A stretch of 63,217 nt of DNA, filler included, from Thermodesulfobacteriota bacterium (GTDB taxonomy: Bacteria; DASVDK01): assembly GCA_036381125.1 (NCBI GenBank). It is 9 parts of 9 records of this genome, joined end to end, with 100 filler letters (N's around TTAATTAATTAA, not from the genome) between each part and the next. Parts side by side here need not be neighbours in the genome. Positions count along the whole stretch, not along the records: positions 12,842 to 24,409 come from DASVDK010000310.1; positions 24,510 to 29,449 come from DASVDK010000311.1; positions 29,550 to 32,930 come from DASVDK010000312.1; 6 more parts are not named here. One strand, written 5' to 3'. Under the pieces are notes generated by a model. The model had not been told where the DNA came from. It saw only the letters and a program-made list of their open reading frames with translations, and did no database searches. Positions 20,674-30,738 of the stretch are shown one piece after another; the stretch's first letter is position 1; every line of letters begins with the position of its first letter. The translations under genes and the position numbers were made by a program.

Positions 20674-22400
20674 TCGAGGGTCGCCGCATCGGCCAATACC
20701 AGGTGCTCCGCCGGCTCGGGGTCGGCGGGATGGCCGAGGTGTATGCCGCCGAGCGGATCGGCCCGGCCGGTTTCCGACGGGCGGTTGCGCTCAAGGTACT
20801 GAGGCCGCACCTGCGCCACGCCGAGGCCGTCACCGGCCGCTTCACCCGGGAGGCGAGGCTCGCGGCGTCGCTTCGCCATCCCAACCTGGTCCCGGTCGTC
20901 GACCTCGGCATCGACGACGGCGTCGCCTTCCTCGCCATGGAGCTGGTCGACGGGCCCGACCTGCGACACGCGACGAGCCTCGGCGCCCGCCTCGGCCGTC
21001 CGCTGCCGCCCCGGCTCGCCGTGTACGTCGGCATCCAGGTGGCACGCGGTCTCGCGTACGCCCACGCGCTCGGCCTCGTGCACCGCGACGTCTCCCCTCA
21101 GAACATCCTCCTCTCGCGAAGCGGCGAGGTGCGCCTCTCGGACTTCGGCATCGCGGCGGCCGCCTCCGGCGCCGAGGCGAGCGCATCCGGTGCGCTGCGC
21201 GGGAAGCTCGCCTACCTGGCGCCCGAGCAGGTCGAGGGCCGCGCCCCGGACGCCCGCGCCGACGTCTTCGCGCTCGGCGTCGTGACCTGGGAACTCCTCG
21301 CCGGCCGGCGGATGTTCCTCGGCGCGACCGACGCGGAGACGCTCGCCCGTGTCCGCGCGTGCCAGGTGCCGATCCCGCCGCCGGGGGTCGACGCCGATGC
21401 CGTCCCGCCCGGCATCTGGGCGGCCCTCGGCGGTGCGCTCACGGCCGACCGCGCGGCGCGGACGGCCTCGGCGGCCGCGTTCGCCGCGTCGCTCGCGGAC
21501 GCCTGGCCGGAGGCCGATCGCGGCGAGGCGACGGCCGAGTTGGCCGCCTGGATCGACGTCGTCTGCCGCCACGTCGACCAGGCCGTGAGGGAGCGGGAAC
21601 GGCCGGCGGCCGCCGCGCCGCTCGCGCCCGATGGGGCGCACGCCGCGACCCCGACCCTCCAGACCACCGACGCGCCTGCCGGGCGGCCGGCGGCCACCGG
21701 CCCGGCGACCGCCGGCCCGGCGGCCCGACGCCGCGCCTGGGCCGCCGGCGCGCTCGCCATCGGCCTCGCCGCCATCGCCCTGCTCCTCGCGGCCAGGTCG
21801 CGATCGCCGTTCGACACCGCGCCGCCCCCCCTCGCGGCCGCCGCGGGCAAGGCGTCCGGACCCGAGCGGGCTACTCCCGAGCCGGTCGCGCCGGAGCGTC
21901 GCCTCGCTCCGGTGAGGCCGCGATCCACGCCGGAAGCGACGGCTCCGGCGCGCGCCGAGGCCGTGACGCGGCGCGGCACGCTTCTCGTGACGAGCCGGCC
22001 TGCCGGCGCGAGCATCGAGCTGGACGGCCGGCCGGCCGGGCGGACGCCGAGGCGCCTGGCGGGGCTCGCGCCAGGCACGCCGGTCGTGGTGGTCGTACGG
22101 CTCGACGGCCACCGCCCGGTCGAGCGGACGGTCGTCCCGCGGGCGTCGGGGACCGAGACGCTCGACATCACGCTCGAGCCGGCCTTCGGCCTGCTCAGCC
22201 TCGACGCCGACCCCTGGGCCGAGGTGACGCTGGACGGCCGGCCCGTCGGCGCCACGCCGCTCCTCGCGCGGCGCGTGCCCGCGGGCCTGCGGCGGGTGCG
22301 CCTCGAGCATCCGCCGACCGGCGCCGTCGTGGAGCTGGTGATCCCGGTCGATCCCGACCAGCACGTCCGCCGTCGTCTCGCGATCGCCCACGCGCCCTGA
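20667..22400 (+). CDS. Hanks-type Ser/Thr protein kinase with TM and two PEGA domains
   Basis: GVGGMAEVY, VALK, HRDVSPQNIL, DFG, YLAPE, DVFALG; TM helix; VTSRPAGASIELDG and DPWAEVTLDG PEGA repeats. Confidence 0.93.
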   Translation: MSIEGRRIGQYQVLRRLGVGGMAEVYAAERIGPAGFRRAVALKVLRPHLRHAEAVTGRFTREARLAASLRHPNLVPVVDLGIDDGVAFLAMELVDGPDLRHATSLGARLGRPLPPRLAVYVGIQVARGLAYAHALGLVHRDVSPQNILLSRSGEVRLSDFGIAAAASGAEASASGALRGKLAYLAPEQVEGRAPDARADVFALGVVTWELLAGRRMFLGATDAETLARVRACQVPIPPPGVDADAVPPGIWAALGGALTADRAARTASAAAFAASLADAWPEADRGEATAELAAWIDVVCRHVDQAVRERERPAAAAPLAPDGAHAATPTLQTTDAPAGRPAATGPATAGPAARRRAWAAGALAIGLAAIALLLAARSRSPFDTAPPPLAAAAGKASGPERATPEPVAPERRLAPVRPRSTPEATAPARAEAVTRRGTLLVTSRPAGASIELDGRPAGRTPRRLAGLAPGTPVVVVVRLDGHRPVERTVVPRASGTETLDITLEPAFGLLSLDADPWAEVTLDGRPVGATPLLARRVPAGLRRVRLEHPPTGAVVELVIPVDPDQHVRRRLAIAHAP

Positions 22401-22401
22401 C

Positions 22402-23457
22402 TCACCGCCGGGAGAGCCGCTCGAGCGCCCTGGCGATCCGCGCGGCCAGCGGGCCGCCCGGCCGCGCCAGGCGCGCCGCCCGCTCGTAGAGCCGGCGCGC
22501 GGCGTCGAGGTCGGCGTCCTCGCCCGCGTACGCCTCGAGGTAGCGCGCCTCGGCCTCGGCCTCGGTCCGCTCGAGCCCGGCCGCGGCCCCCGCGTGGCCG
22601 CTCTCGAGGTCGGCCGCCCGCCGGAAGGCGTCGAGCGCCTCCTCCCATCGACCGTCGTCCGCCAGTCGGTGGCCCTTCTCGGCCAGGGAGTCGGCGAGTG
22701 AGCGCCGGGCACGGGACGCGAAAGGACCTGGCTCCGGCAGGCCGAGGCCGGCCTCCAGTTCCAGCAGGCGCTCGAGCGCGGCCGCGCCCCCGGGCGGCGG
22801 CCAGCGCTCCCCCTCGCCGAGGAGGCGGGCGATGGCGTCGAGGCGCGCGAGCAGCGCGACGGCAACCTCGCCGCGAGCGCCGGCGAGCGCCGCCCGCGCG
22901 CCCGCCAGGTCGCCGGCGTGGTAGCGCGTCCGCGCCAGCTCGACCGGCGACGGGGGCCGGCGCGGCGGCGGCGAGGCGTGCGGCGCCGGGGCCGGGCGGC
23001 GCGCGTGGCGCGGCCGGGGAGGGCGGCGCGGCGACTCGACCGGCCCGGTCGACGCCGGCCGCGCCTCCCGCTCGCCGGATCGAGCCGGAGCGGTCGTTGC
23101 CGCGTCGGGGAGCGGCGCCGGCGCAGGCGGAGCCGGCTCGGCGACCACGGCGGCGTGCGGCGCCGGTGCAGGCGGAGCCGGCTCGGTCACCACGGCGGCG
23201 TGCGGCGGCCCGGGGAGATCTCCCGGCCCGACGAGCGCCCACGCCACGACCGGCGCGACGACGACGGCCAGCAGGCGCCAGGCCGTCCACGCGCGCGCGG
23301 GCGGCGCGGGCGCCCCGGCCGCGGGCGCCTCGGGCGGCATGCGCGGTGGGTCCGGCGCGACCGCCGCCGTCTCGGCAACCGGCCCGGGACCGGGCGTCGG
23401 CGCCGGCGCGGGCGGCATGAGGGGGGTCGGCTCGTCGGTCGGCCCGTCCAGCGTCAT
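22402..23457 (-). CDS. Membrane-anchored Pro-rich protein with C-terminal TPR-like helices
   Basis: ATGA-coupled to DUF192 gene; single TM; EKG...GRWEEALDAFRRAADL TPR-like segment. Confidence 0.7.
   Translation of the reverse strand: MTLDGPTDEPTPLMPPAPAPTPGPGPVAETAAVAPDPPRMPPEAPAAGAPAPPARAWTAWRLLAVVVAPVVAWALVGPGDLPGPPHAAVVTEPAPPAPAPHAAVVAEPAPPAPAPLPDAATTAPARSGEREARPASTGPVESPRRPPRPRHARRPAPAPHASPPPRRPPSPVELARTRYHAGDLAGARAALAGARGEVAVALLARLDAIARLLGEGERWPPPGGAAALERLLELEAGLGLPEPGPFASRARRSLADSLAEKGHRLADDGRWEEALDAFRRAADLESGHAGAAAGLERTEAEAEARYLEAYAGEDADLDAARRLYERAARLARPGGPLAARIARALERLSRR
23113..23207. repeat. In-frame 45-bp tandem duplication (HAAVVxEPAPPAPAP x2)
   Basis: Units 23113-23157 and 23158-23202, near identical. 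Confidence 0.9.
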
Positions 23458-23831
23458 GGCCGCGGTCGACCGGCGGCGAGCCGGAGCCGGTCGCCGGGCG
23501 CGACGCCGAGCCGCGCGGCGTCTCCGGGTGGCAACTCCACCGTGGCGTGCGTCCCCCGGGGCCCGATCAGGAGGCGGCGGGGGGCGACTCGCGCTCGGAC
23601 GCCGAGGACCCGTCCGCGCGCGTCGACGAAGACGACGTCGATGGGGCCCCGGAGGCCGAACGTGTGGATCCCCCGCACGCCGACGAGCCAGAGCGCGGCC
23701 TCGCCCGTCGCCGGGCGTCGGCCGATCCATCCGCGCAACCGGGCGAGCGGCGACGCCGCGAGGTCGACCCGGACGAGCTCGGTCCGTCCGCGCGCGGCAG
23801 CGTGCACGAGCATCGTCACGCGGCGCGTCAT
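23454..23831 (-). CDS. DUF192 family protein
   Basis: RLRGWIGR, IHTFGLRGPIDVVFVD..GRV, VELPPG...GV.PGD. Confidence 0.88.
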   Translation of the reverse strand: MTRRVTMLVHAAARGRTELVRVDLAASPLARLRGWIGRRPATGEAALWLVGVRGIHTFGLRGPIDVVFVDARGRVLGVRARVAPRRLLIGPRGTHATVELPPGDAARLGVAPGDRLRLAAGRPRP

Positions 23832-24409
23832 GGCGTCAGGCCGGCGGTGAGGCGCAGGGCCAGCGGCACCAGCAGCACGACGAAGGTCGCCGGCAGGATG
23901 CAGAGCGCCAGCGGCAGGAGGAGCCTGACGGGTGCGAGGAGCGCCCGCCGTTCGGCCGAGTGCCACCGTTCCTGCCGCCGCTGCTCGGCCTGGATGCGCA
24001 GGGCCGGCGCCAGGCGGCCGCCGAGCCGGTCGGTCTGATCGAGGGTCGCGACGAGCGCCGCGATCTCCGGATAGGGCAGCGTCCGGCGCAGCTCCGCGAG
24101 AGCGTCGGCGCGGGAGCGGCCGGCCGCCATGCCGGCGACCACGAGGGCGAGGCCGTCGCGAAGGGGACCGGCCGGGCCGCGTCGCGCCGCGAGGTCGAGC
24201 GCCGCGCTCGCGGCCAGCCCCCCTTCCACCGCCATCGCCAGCAGGTCGAGGACGAACGGGAGGTCGCGGCGCACCTGGGCCTCGCGCCTGCCGGCGCGCC
24301 TGCGCAGCCAGGCGAGCCGGCAGGCGGGAGGCAGGAGAGCGCCGGCGATCGTTCCTGCCGCGCCGGCCGCGAGCGCGCCGATCGCGAGCCCGGCCGCCGC
24401 CAGCGCCTC
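23828..24409 (-). CDS. tadC: Tad pilus inner-membrane platform protein (T2SSF family), C-terminal part
   Basis: LPFVLDLLAMAVEGG, GRSRADAL, LRIQAEQRR.ER...AERRA..APVRLLLPL. Confidence 0.88.
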   Translation of the reverse strand, partial: EALAAAGLAIGALAAGAAGTIAGALLPPACRLAWLRRRAGRREAQVRRDLPFVLDLLAMAVEGGLAASAALDLAARRGPAGPLRDGLALVVAGMAAGRSRADALAELRRTLPYPEIAALVATLDQTDRLGGRLAPALRIQAEQRRQERWHSAERRALLAPVRLLLPLALCILPATFVVLLVPLALRLTAGLTP

Positions 24410-24509
24410 NNNNNNNNNNNNNNNNNNNNNNNNNNNNNNNNNNNNNNNNNNNNTTAATTAATTAANNNNNNNNNNNNNNNNNNNNNNNNNNNNNNNNNNN
24501 NNNNNNNNN
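24410..24509. other. Artificial contig-joining spacer
   Basis: N-run/TTAATTAATTAA/N-run. Confidence 0.98.
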
Positions 24510-24510
24510 C

Positions 24511-25431
24511 GTCGTCGGGACCGCCTTCCCGTACATCGAGTTCTACCCGAGGCCGAACCAGGCCCTGGCCGTCCAGATCGACCGGGACGCGACGCGCATC
24601 GGCCTGCGCTTCCCGGTCGAGGCGCCGGTGGTCGGCGACGCGCGGGAGAGCCTGTCGAGGCTCCTCCCGCTCCTCACCCGAAAGACCGACCGGAGCTTCC
24701 TCGAGACGGCGCAGTCGGGCATGCGCGAGTGGCGCCGGCTCATGGAAGAGCGGGGGACCCGTCGCGACACGCCGATGAAGCCGCAGGTGGTGGCCCACGA
24801 ACTGGGCAAGCGGCTCGACGACGACGCCATCGTCACGAGCGACAGCGGGACCATCACCACCTGGTGGGCCCGCCAGATCCCGGCGAAGGCGGGCCAGGTC
24901 CACACGCTCTCCGGCAACCTCGCCACCATGGCCTGCGGCCTGCCGTACGCCATCGCGGCCCAGCTCGCCTACCCCGGCCGCCAGGTCGTCGCCTTCGTGG
25001 GCGACGGCGGCTTCTCGATGCTCATGGCCGAGCTCCTCACCGCCGTCAAGTACGAGCTGCCGATCACGGTCGTCGTGATCAAGAACAACGTCCTCGGCCA
25101 GATCAAGTGGGAGCAGATGGTCTTCCTCGGCAACCCCGAGTACGGCGTGCAACTGCAGCCGATGGACTTCACGAAGTTCGCCGAGGCGTGCGGCGCGCGG
25201 GGCTTCCGGATCGAGGACCCCGCGACCTGCGGGCGAACCCTCGACGAGGCGCTGGCCGCCACGGGCCCCACGATCGTCGAGGCGGTCGTCGACCCGCTCG
25301 AGCCGCCGATGCCGGGCAAGATCAGCGTCGACCAGGCCGCCATGTTCGCGAAGTCGCTCCTGCGCGGCGAGCCGAACCGGGTGCAGGTCGCGCTGACCGC
25401 GATGTCCGACAAGGTACGCGAGCTGGTCTAG
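24511..25431 (+). CDS. TPP-dependent enzyme, pyruvate oxidase/PoxB-like, C-terminal part
   Basis: GTAFPY, SGNLATMACGLPYAIA, GDGGFSM...NN TPP motif, IKWEQ. Confidence 0.9.
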   Translation, partial: VVGTAFPYIEFYPRPNQALAVQIDRDATRIGLRFPVEAPVVGDARESLSRLLPLLTRKTDRSFLETAQSGMREWRRLMEERGTRRDTPMKPQVVAHELGKRLDDDAIVTSDSGTITTWWARQIPAKAGQVHTLSGNLATMACGLPYAIAAQLAYPGRQVVAFVGDGGFSMLMAELLTAVKYELPITVVVIKNNVLGQIKWEQMVFLGNPEYGVQLQPMDFTKFAEACGARGFRIEDPATCGRTLDEALAATGPTIVEAVVDPLEPPMPGKISVDQAAMFAKSLLRGEPNRVQVALTAMSDKVRELV

Positions 25432-25441
25432 GCGGGCGGTC

Positions 25442-26530
25442 ATGGACGCCCCGATCGAGGCCCTCGACGTCGCCGCCTACCGCATCCCGACCGACGCCCC
25501 GGAGTCGGACGGCACCTACGCCTGGGACGCGACGCCGCTCGTCGTCGTCGAGGCGGCCGCCGGCGGCCGGCGGGGGCTCGGGTCCACCTACGCGGACGTG
25601 GCGACCGCGCGGCTCGCGGCGGACACGCTGGCGGGCGCGGTGCGCGGCACCGACGCGCTCGACGTGCCCGGCGCCTTCGCGGCGATGGCCCGCGCCGTGC
25701 GCAACCTCGGCCGTCCCGGCGTGGCGGCCATGGCGGTCTCCGCGGTCGACGCGGCGCTCTGGGACCTCAAGGCCCGGCTGCTCGACGTCCCGCTCGCGAG
25801 GCTCCTCGGGCGCGTGCGCGACGCCGTTGCCGTCTACGGCAGCGGCGGCTTCACGAGCTACGACGACGCTCGCCTCGCGGCGCAGCTCGGAGGGTGGGTC
25901 GGGGCCGGGATCCGGCGCGTGAAGATGAAGGTCGGCCGCGAGCCTGGCCGGGACGTCGAGCGCGTGCGGGTGGCTCGCGACGCGATCGGTCCCGGCGCCG
26001 ACCTCTTCGTGGACGCGAACGGCGCCTACACGCGCAAGCAGGCCCTGTCGATGGCGGACGCCTTCGCGGGGCTCGGCGTCTCCTGGTTCGAGGAGCCGGT
26101 CAGCTCGGACGACCTCGCCGGCCTGCGCCTGCTCCGCGACCGGGTCCCCCCGGGCATGGCGGTCGCGGCCGGGGAGTACGGCTACACGCCGTGGTACTTC
26201 CGCCGCATGCTCGAGGCCGGGGCGGTCGACGTCCTCCAGGCCGACGCGACGCGGTGCGGCGGCGTGACGGGGTTCCTCGCGGTCGCCGCCCTCTGCGACG
26301 CGTTCATGCTGCCGCTCTCCGCGCACTGCGCCCCGTCGCTCCACGCGCATCCCGGCTGCGCGGTCGCTCGGCTCGTGCACGTCGAGTACTTCCACGACCA
26401 CGCCCGGATCGAGCAGATGCTCTTCGACGGCGCGCCGTCCCCCGAGGCCGGGGCCCTGCGCCCCGACCTCTCGCGACCGGGCATGGGTCTCGTGCTCAAG
26501 CGCCGGGACGCCGAAAGGTACGCCGCATGA
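25442..26530 (+). CDS. Mandelate racemase/enolase-superfamily enzyme
   Basis: AVDAALWDL, KMKVG, VDANG, WFEEP, AGEY, DATRCGG. Confidence 0.92.
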   Translation: MDAPIEALDVAAYRIPTDAPESDGTYAWDATPLVVVEAAAGGRRGLGSTYADVATARLAADTLAGAVRGTDALDVPGAFAAMARAVRNLGRPGVAAMAVSAVDAALWDLKARLLDVPLARLLGRVRDAVAVYGSGGFTSYDDARLAAQLGGWVGAGIRRVKMKVGREPGRDVERVRVARDAIGPGADLFVDANGAYTRKQALSMADAFAGLGVSWFEEPVSSDDLAGLRLLRDRVPPGMAVAAGEYGYTPWYFRRMLEAGAVDVLQADATRCGGVTGFLAVAALCDAFMLPLSAHCAPSLHAHPGCAVARLVHVEYFHDHARIEQMLFDGAPSPEAGALRPDLSRPGMGLVLKRRDAERYAA

Positions 26531-29449
26531 CAGACCTGGACGCCCGCCGGCTCGCCTCGGACCTCCGCCGCGCGGTGCGCGGCGAGGTGCGGTTCGACGA
26601 CGGCAGCCGGGCCCTCTACGCCACCGACGCGTCGAACTACCGGCAGGTGCCGATCGGCGCCGTCCTCCCGCGCGACGTGGAGGACGTCGTGCGCGCCGTG
26701 GCGGTCTGTCGCGAGCACGACGCTCCCGTGCTGCCGAGGGGCGGCGGCACGAGCCTCGCCGGGCAGTGCTGCAACGTCGCGGTCGTCCTCGACATGACCA
26801 GGTACGTCAACCGCCTCGTCGAGATCGACCCGGACCGGCGGACGGCGCGCGTCGAGCCGGGCCTCGTCCTCGACGACCTCAGGCAGGCGGCGAACCGCCA
26901 CGACCTCACCTTCGGGCCCGACCCGGCCACGCACACCCATTGCACGCTCGGCGGGATGCTCGGCAACAACTCCTGCGGGGTGCACTCGGTCATGGCCGGC
27001 CGCACCAGCGAGAACGTCGAGTCGCTGGACGTCCTCACCTACGACGGCGCGCGCCTCACCGTTGGTCGGACCACCGACGAGGCGTTCTCGCGCATCACCG
27101 CCGCGGGCGGCCGCGCGGCCGACATCTACCGGCGCCTCGGCGCCCTGCGCGACCGGTACGCCGACCGGATCCGCGAGCGGTTCCCGGACATCCCGCGCCG
27201 GGTGTCGGGGTACGACCTGCCGGCCCTCCTCCCCGAGGCCGGGTTCGACGTGGCGCGCGCGCTCGTCGGGAGCGAGGGCACGCTCGTGACGATCCTCGGG
27301 GCGACGGTCCGCCTCGTCCCGTGGCCCAGGGGGCGGTCGCTCCTGGTCCTGGGATACCCGGACGTCTACGCGGCCGGCGACCGCGTCCCGGAGGTCCTCG
27401 AGGCGGGCCCCATCGGCCTCGAGGGGTTGGACGACCGCCTCGTGCAGGACATGGTCGCCTCGGGGATCCATCCGGAGGGGGTTCGGCTCCTGCCGGACGG
27501 ACACGGCTGGCTGCTCGTCGAGTTCGGCGGCGAGACGAAGGCCGAGTCGGACGGCCGCGCCCGCGCCCTCATGGACCGGCTGCGGGGCGGCCCTCACCCG
27601 CCGTCCATGATCCTCTACGACGACCCGGCGAAGGAGGCGATCATCTGGCGGGTGCGCGAGGCGGGCCTCGGCGCCACGGCGAACGTCCCCGGCCGGCCCC
27701 TCACCTGGGAGGGATGGGAGGACTCGGCCGTCCCGCCCGACCGGCTCGGCGACTACCTCCGCGAGCTTCGCGCCCTCTTCGACCGCTACCGCTACGGCTG
27801 CGCGCTCTACGGCCACTTCGGCCAGGGCTGCGTGCACACGCGCATCGACTTCGACCTCGAGACCCCCTGGGGCATCGAGACGTACCACGCCTTCCTCGAG
27901 GAGGCCGCCGACCTGGTCGTCCGCTTCGGCGGGTCCTTCTCCGGCGAGCACGGCGACGGCCAGTCGCGCGCCGAGCTGCTGCCGAAGATGTTCGGGGACG
28001 AGCTGATGGAGGCCTTCCGCGCGTTCAAGGCCGTCTGGGACCCCGCCGGCCGGATGAACCCGGGCAAGGTCATCGACGCCTACCGGGCCACCGACAACCT
28101 CCGGCTCGGCGCCGCGTACGCGCCCCGGGAACCGGAGACCCACTTCGCGTTCCCCGCCGACCGGGGCAGCTTCGCCCGCGCCGCGCTCCGGTGCGTGGGC
28201 GTGGGCGAGTGCCGCAAGCACGACGCCGGGACCATGTGCCCGAGCTACATGGTCACCCGCGAGGAGCGGCACTCGACGCGGGGCCGCGCCCGCCTCCTCT
28301 TCGAGATGCTCGAGGGCCAGGTGATCCCCGATACCTGGCGCAACGACGCGGTCAAGGAGGCGCTCGACCTCTGCCTCGCCTGCAAGGGCTGCAAGGGCGA
28401 GTGCCCGGTGAACGTCGACATGGCGACGTACAAGGCGGAGTTCCTGTCGCACTACTACGCGCGCCGGTTGCGGCCGCGGGCCGCCTACGCCATGGGGCTC
28501 GTCCACTGGTGGGCCCGCGCGGCGAGCCTCGCCCCCGACCTCGCGAACCTCGTGACGCAGACGCCGGCCCTCGCGGCCCTCGTCAAGGCGGCCGGGGGGC
28601 TCGCGCCCGAGCGGGCGCTTCCGGCCTTCGCGCCGCAGACGTTCCGCCAGTGGTTCCGGCGGCGCGCCGCGCCGAACGGCGGCGGGCCCGAGGTGATCCT
28701 CTGGCCGGACACCTTCAACGACCACTTCCACCCGCGGACCGCCGCCGCCGCGGTGTCGGTCCTCGAGGCGACCGGCGCGCGGGTGACGATTCCCGAGCGC
28801 GTCCTCTGCTGCGGCCGGCCGCTCTACGACTACGGGATGCTCGGCCTCGCCCGGCGGCAGCTCCGGCGCATCCTCGACGCGCTGCGACCGGAGATCCGCG
28901 CGGGGGTCCCGATCGTCGGGCTCGAGCCCTCCTGCGTCTCGGTCTTCCGGGACGAGCTCGGCAACCTCTTCCCCCACGACGAGGACGCCAGGCGGCTCGG
29001 CCGGCAGGTGCTGACGCTCGCCGAGTACCTCGCGCAGCGCGCGGACCACGTCGAGCTGCCCACCATGGAGCGCAGGGCGCTCGTCCACGGGCACTGCCAC
29101 CACAAGGCGATCATGACCATGGGAGCCGACCGCGTCGTCCTCGGCAAGCTCGGCCTCGACGCGGAGGTCCTCGATTCGGGCTGCTGCGGCATGGCGGGCT
29201 CGTTCGGCTTCGAGCCGGGCGCCAGGTACGACGTCTCGGTCAGGGCCGGCGAGCGGGTCCTCCTGCCCGCCGTCAGGCGCGCGGACGCCGCGACGCTCGT
29301 GATCGCCGACGGCTTCAGTTGCCGGGAGCAGATCCGCCAGGGGACCGGCCGGCACGCCATGCACCTCGCGGAGGTGGTGGCGATGGCGCTCCGCGAGGCC
29401 GGCCGGGTCGCCGAGCCCGCGCCGGCCGACGGGGCTCGACCCGCGGCGC
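26527..29449 (+). CDS. FAD-binding and Fe-S oxidoreductase (GlcD/GlpC fusion type); stop lost in gap
   Basis: RGGGTSLAGQ, GSEGTL, SGEHGDG, CVGVGECR, CLACKGCKGECP, CCG domains. Confidence 0.92.
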
Positions 29450-29549
29450 NNNNNNNNNNNNNNNNNNNNNNNNNNNNNNNNNNNNNNNNNNNNTTAATTA
29501 ATTAANNNNNNNNNNNNNNNNNNNNNNNNNNNNNNNNNNNNNNNNNNNN
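29450..29549. other. Artificial contig-joining spacer
   Basis: N-run/TTAATTAATTAA/N-run. Confidence 0.98.
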
Positions 29550-30738
29550 CGTCGGCGAGCGACGTCGCGTCGGCCACAGGCACCGCCCCCCCCGCCTCGG
29601 CCAGCGCCCGCGTGACCTCGCGGAAGTTGTGCATGTGGGGGCCGTGGAGCGGCGCGCGGCCGTGCGCCGCGGGCTCGAGCAGGCTGTGGCCGCCGGTCGG
29701 CACCAGGCTGCCGCCGACGAACACGACGTCCGCGATCCCGTAGAGGGCGGCCAGCTCCCCCATCGTGTCGACCAGCACCACGTCGGGCGCCGGCTCGCCG
29801 GGCGCGCCGGGTCGCTCGCTGCGGCGCTGCCATCGCCACCCGCGCTCGTCGAGGAGCCGGCCCACCTCGCCGAGCCGCTCCGGGTGGCGCGGCGCCAGGA
29901 TCAGCCGCAGGTCGGGCACGCGCGCGCGCATGCGGGCGAAGGCCTCGAGGACGACCGCCTCCTCGCCGCGGTGCGTCGAGCCGGCCACGAAGCGCGGCGA
30001 CGGCGGCAGGCCGAGCGCCGCCTCGACCGTCGCCGGCGTGACCGCCGCCGCCCCGGGCGCCGCGGCCGCCTGGTCGATCTTGAGGTTGCCGGTGACGGCG
30101 GTTCGCTCGGGCGGCGCGCCGAGGGCGACGAACCGATCGGCGTCGGCCCGCGTCTGGGCGCCGACGAAGGCGAGCGAGCGGAGGCAGCGGGCGAGCAGCG
30201 GGCGCACCCGGCGATAGCGCCGGAAGGAGCGATCCGAGAGGCGCCCGTTCACGACCCCGACCGGGATGCCGCGCCGCTCGGCCGCCAGGAGGAAAACCGG
30301 CCAGATCTCGGTCTCGAGCAGGAGGACGAGCCTGGGGCGGACGCCCTCGAGCGCCCGGCGCACCGGCCCGGCGAGGTCGAACGGGAAGTAGCAGACCGCC
30401 GCCGCCTCGCGCGCCCGCTCCCGCGCCGTCGCCTGGCCGGTCGGCGTCACGGTGGAGAGCACGAGCGGCACGTCGGGCCGGGCGCCGTGGAGCGCGGTGA
30501 CGAGGGGGAGCGCCGCCACCGTCTCGCCGACCGAGACCGCATGCACCCAGACCGGCCGCCGCCCCGCGAGCGCGAGGACGTCCGCCGGGTAGCGCCCCAG
30601 GCGCTCGGCGAAGCCGGGTCGGTACTTCCCGGTCGCGAGCATGCGGCCGAGGAGCACCGGGCTCGCCAGGGCGACCAGGCCGAGGAGCCCCGCCTGGTAG
30701 AGGCCGAGCAGCGCCCGGTCGACGGCGCCCCCGCTCAC
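29550..30738 (-). CDS. waaA: Kdo transferase, 3'-truncated
   Basis: WVHAVSVGE, ETEIWP, NGRLS..SF, GNLK, GSTH.GEE, PRHPER, GGH.LLEPA. Confidence 0.95.

Noticed and set aside
26182..29364. Very long antisense or alternate-frame ORFs (also 42443-45598, 42472-45786, 51920-55618, 53344-56379, 13094-15445)
   Set aside because: Shadow ORFs of real genes caused by stop-codon scarcity at high GC; Arg/Pro/Gly-rich with no motifs
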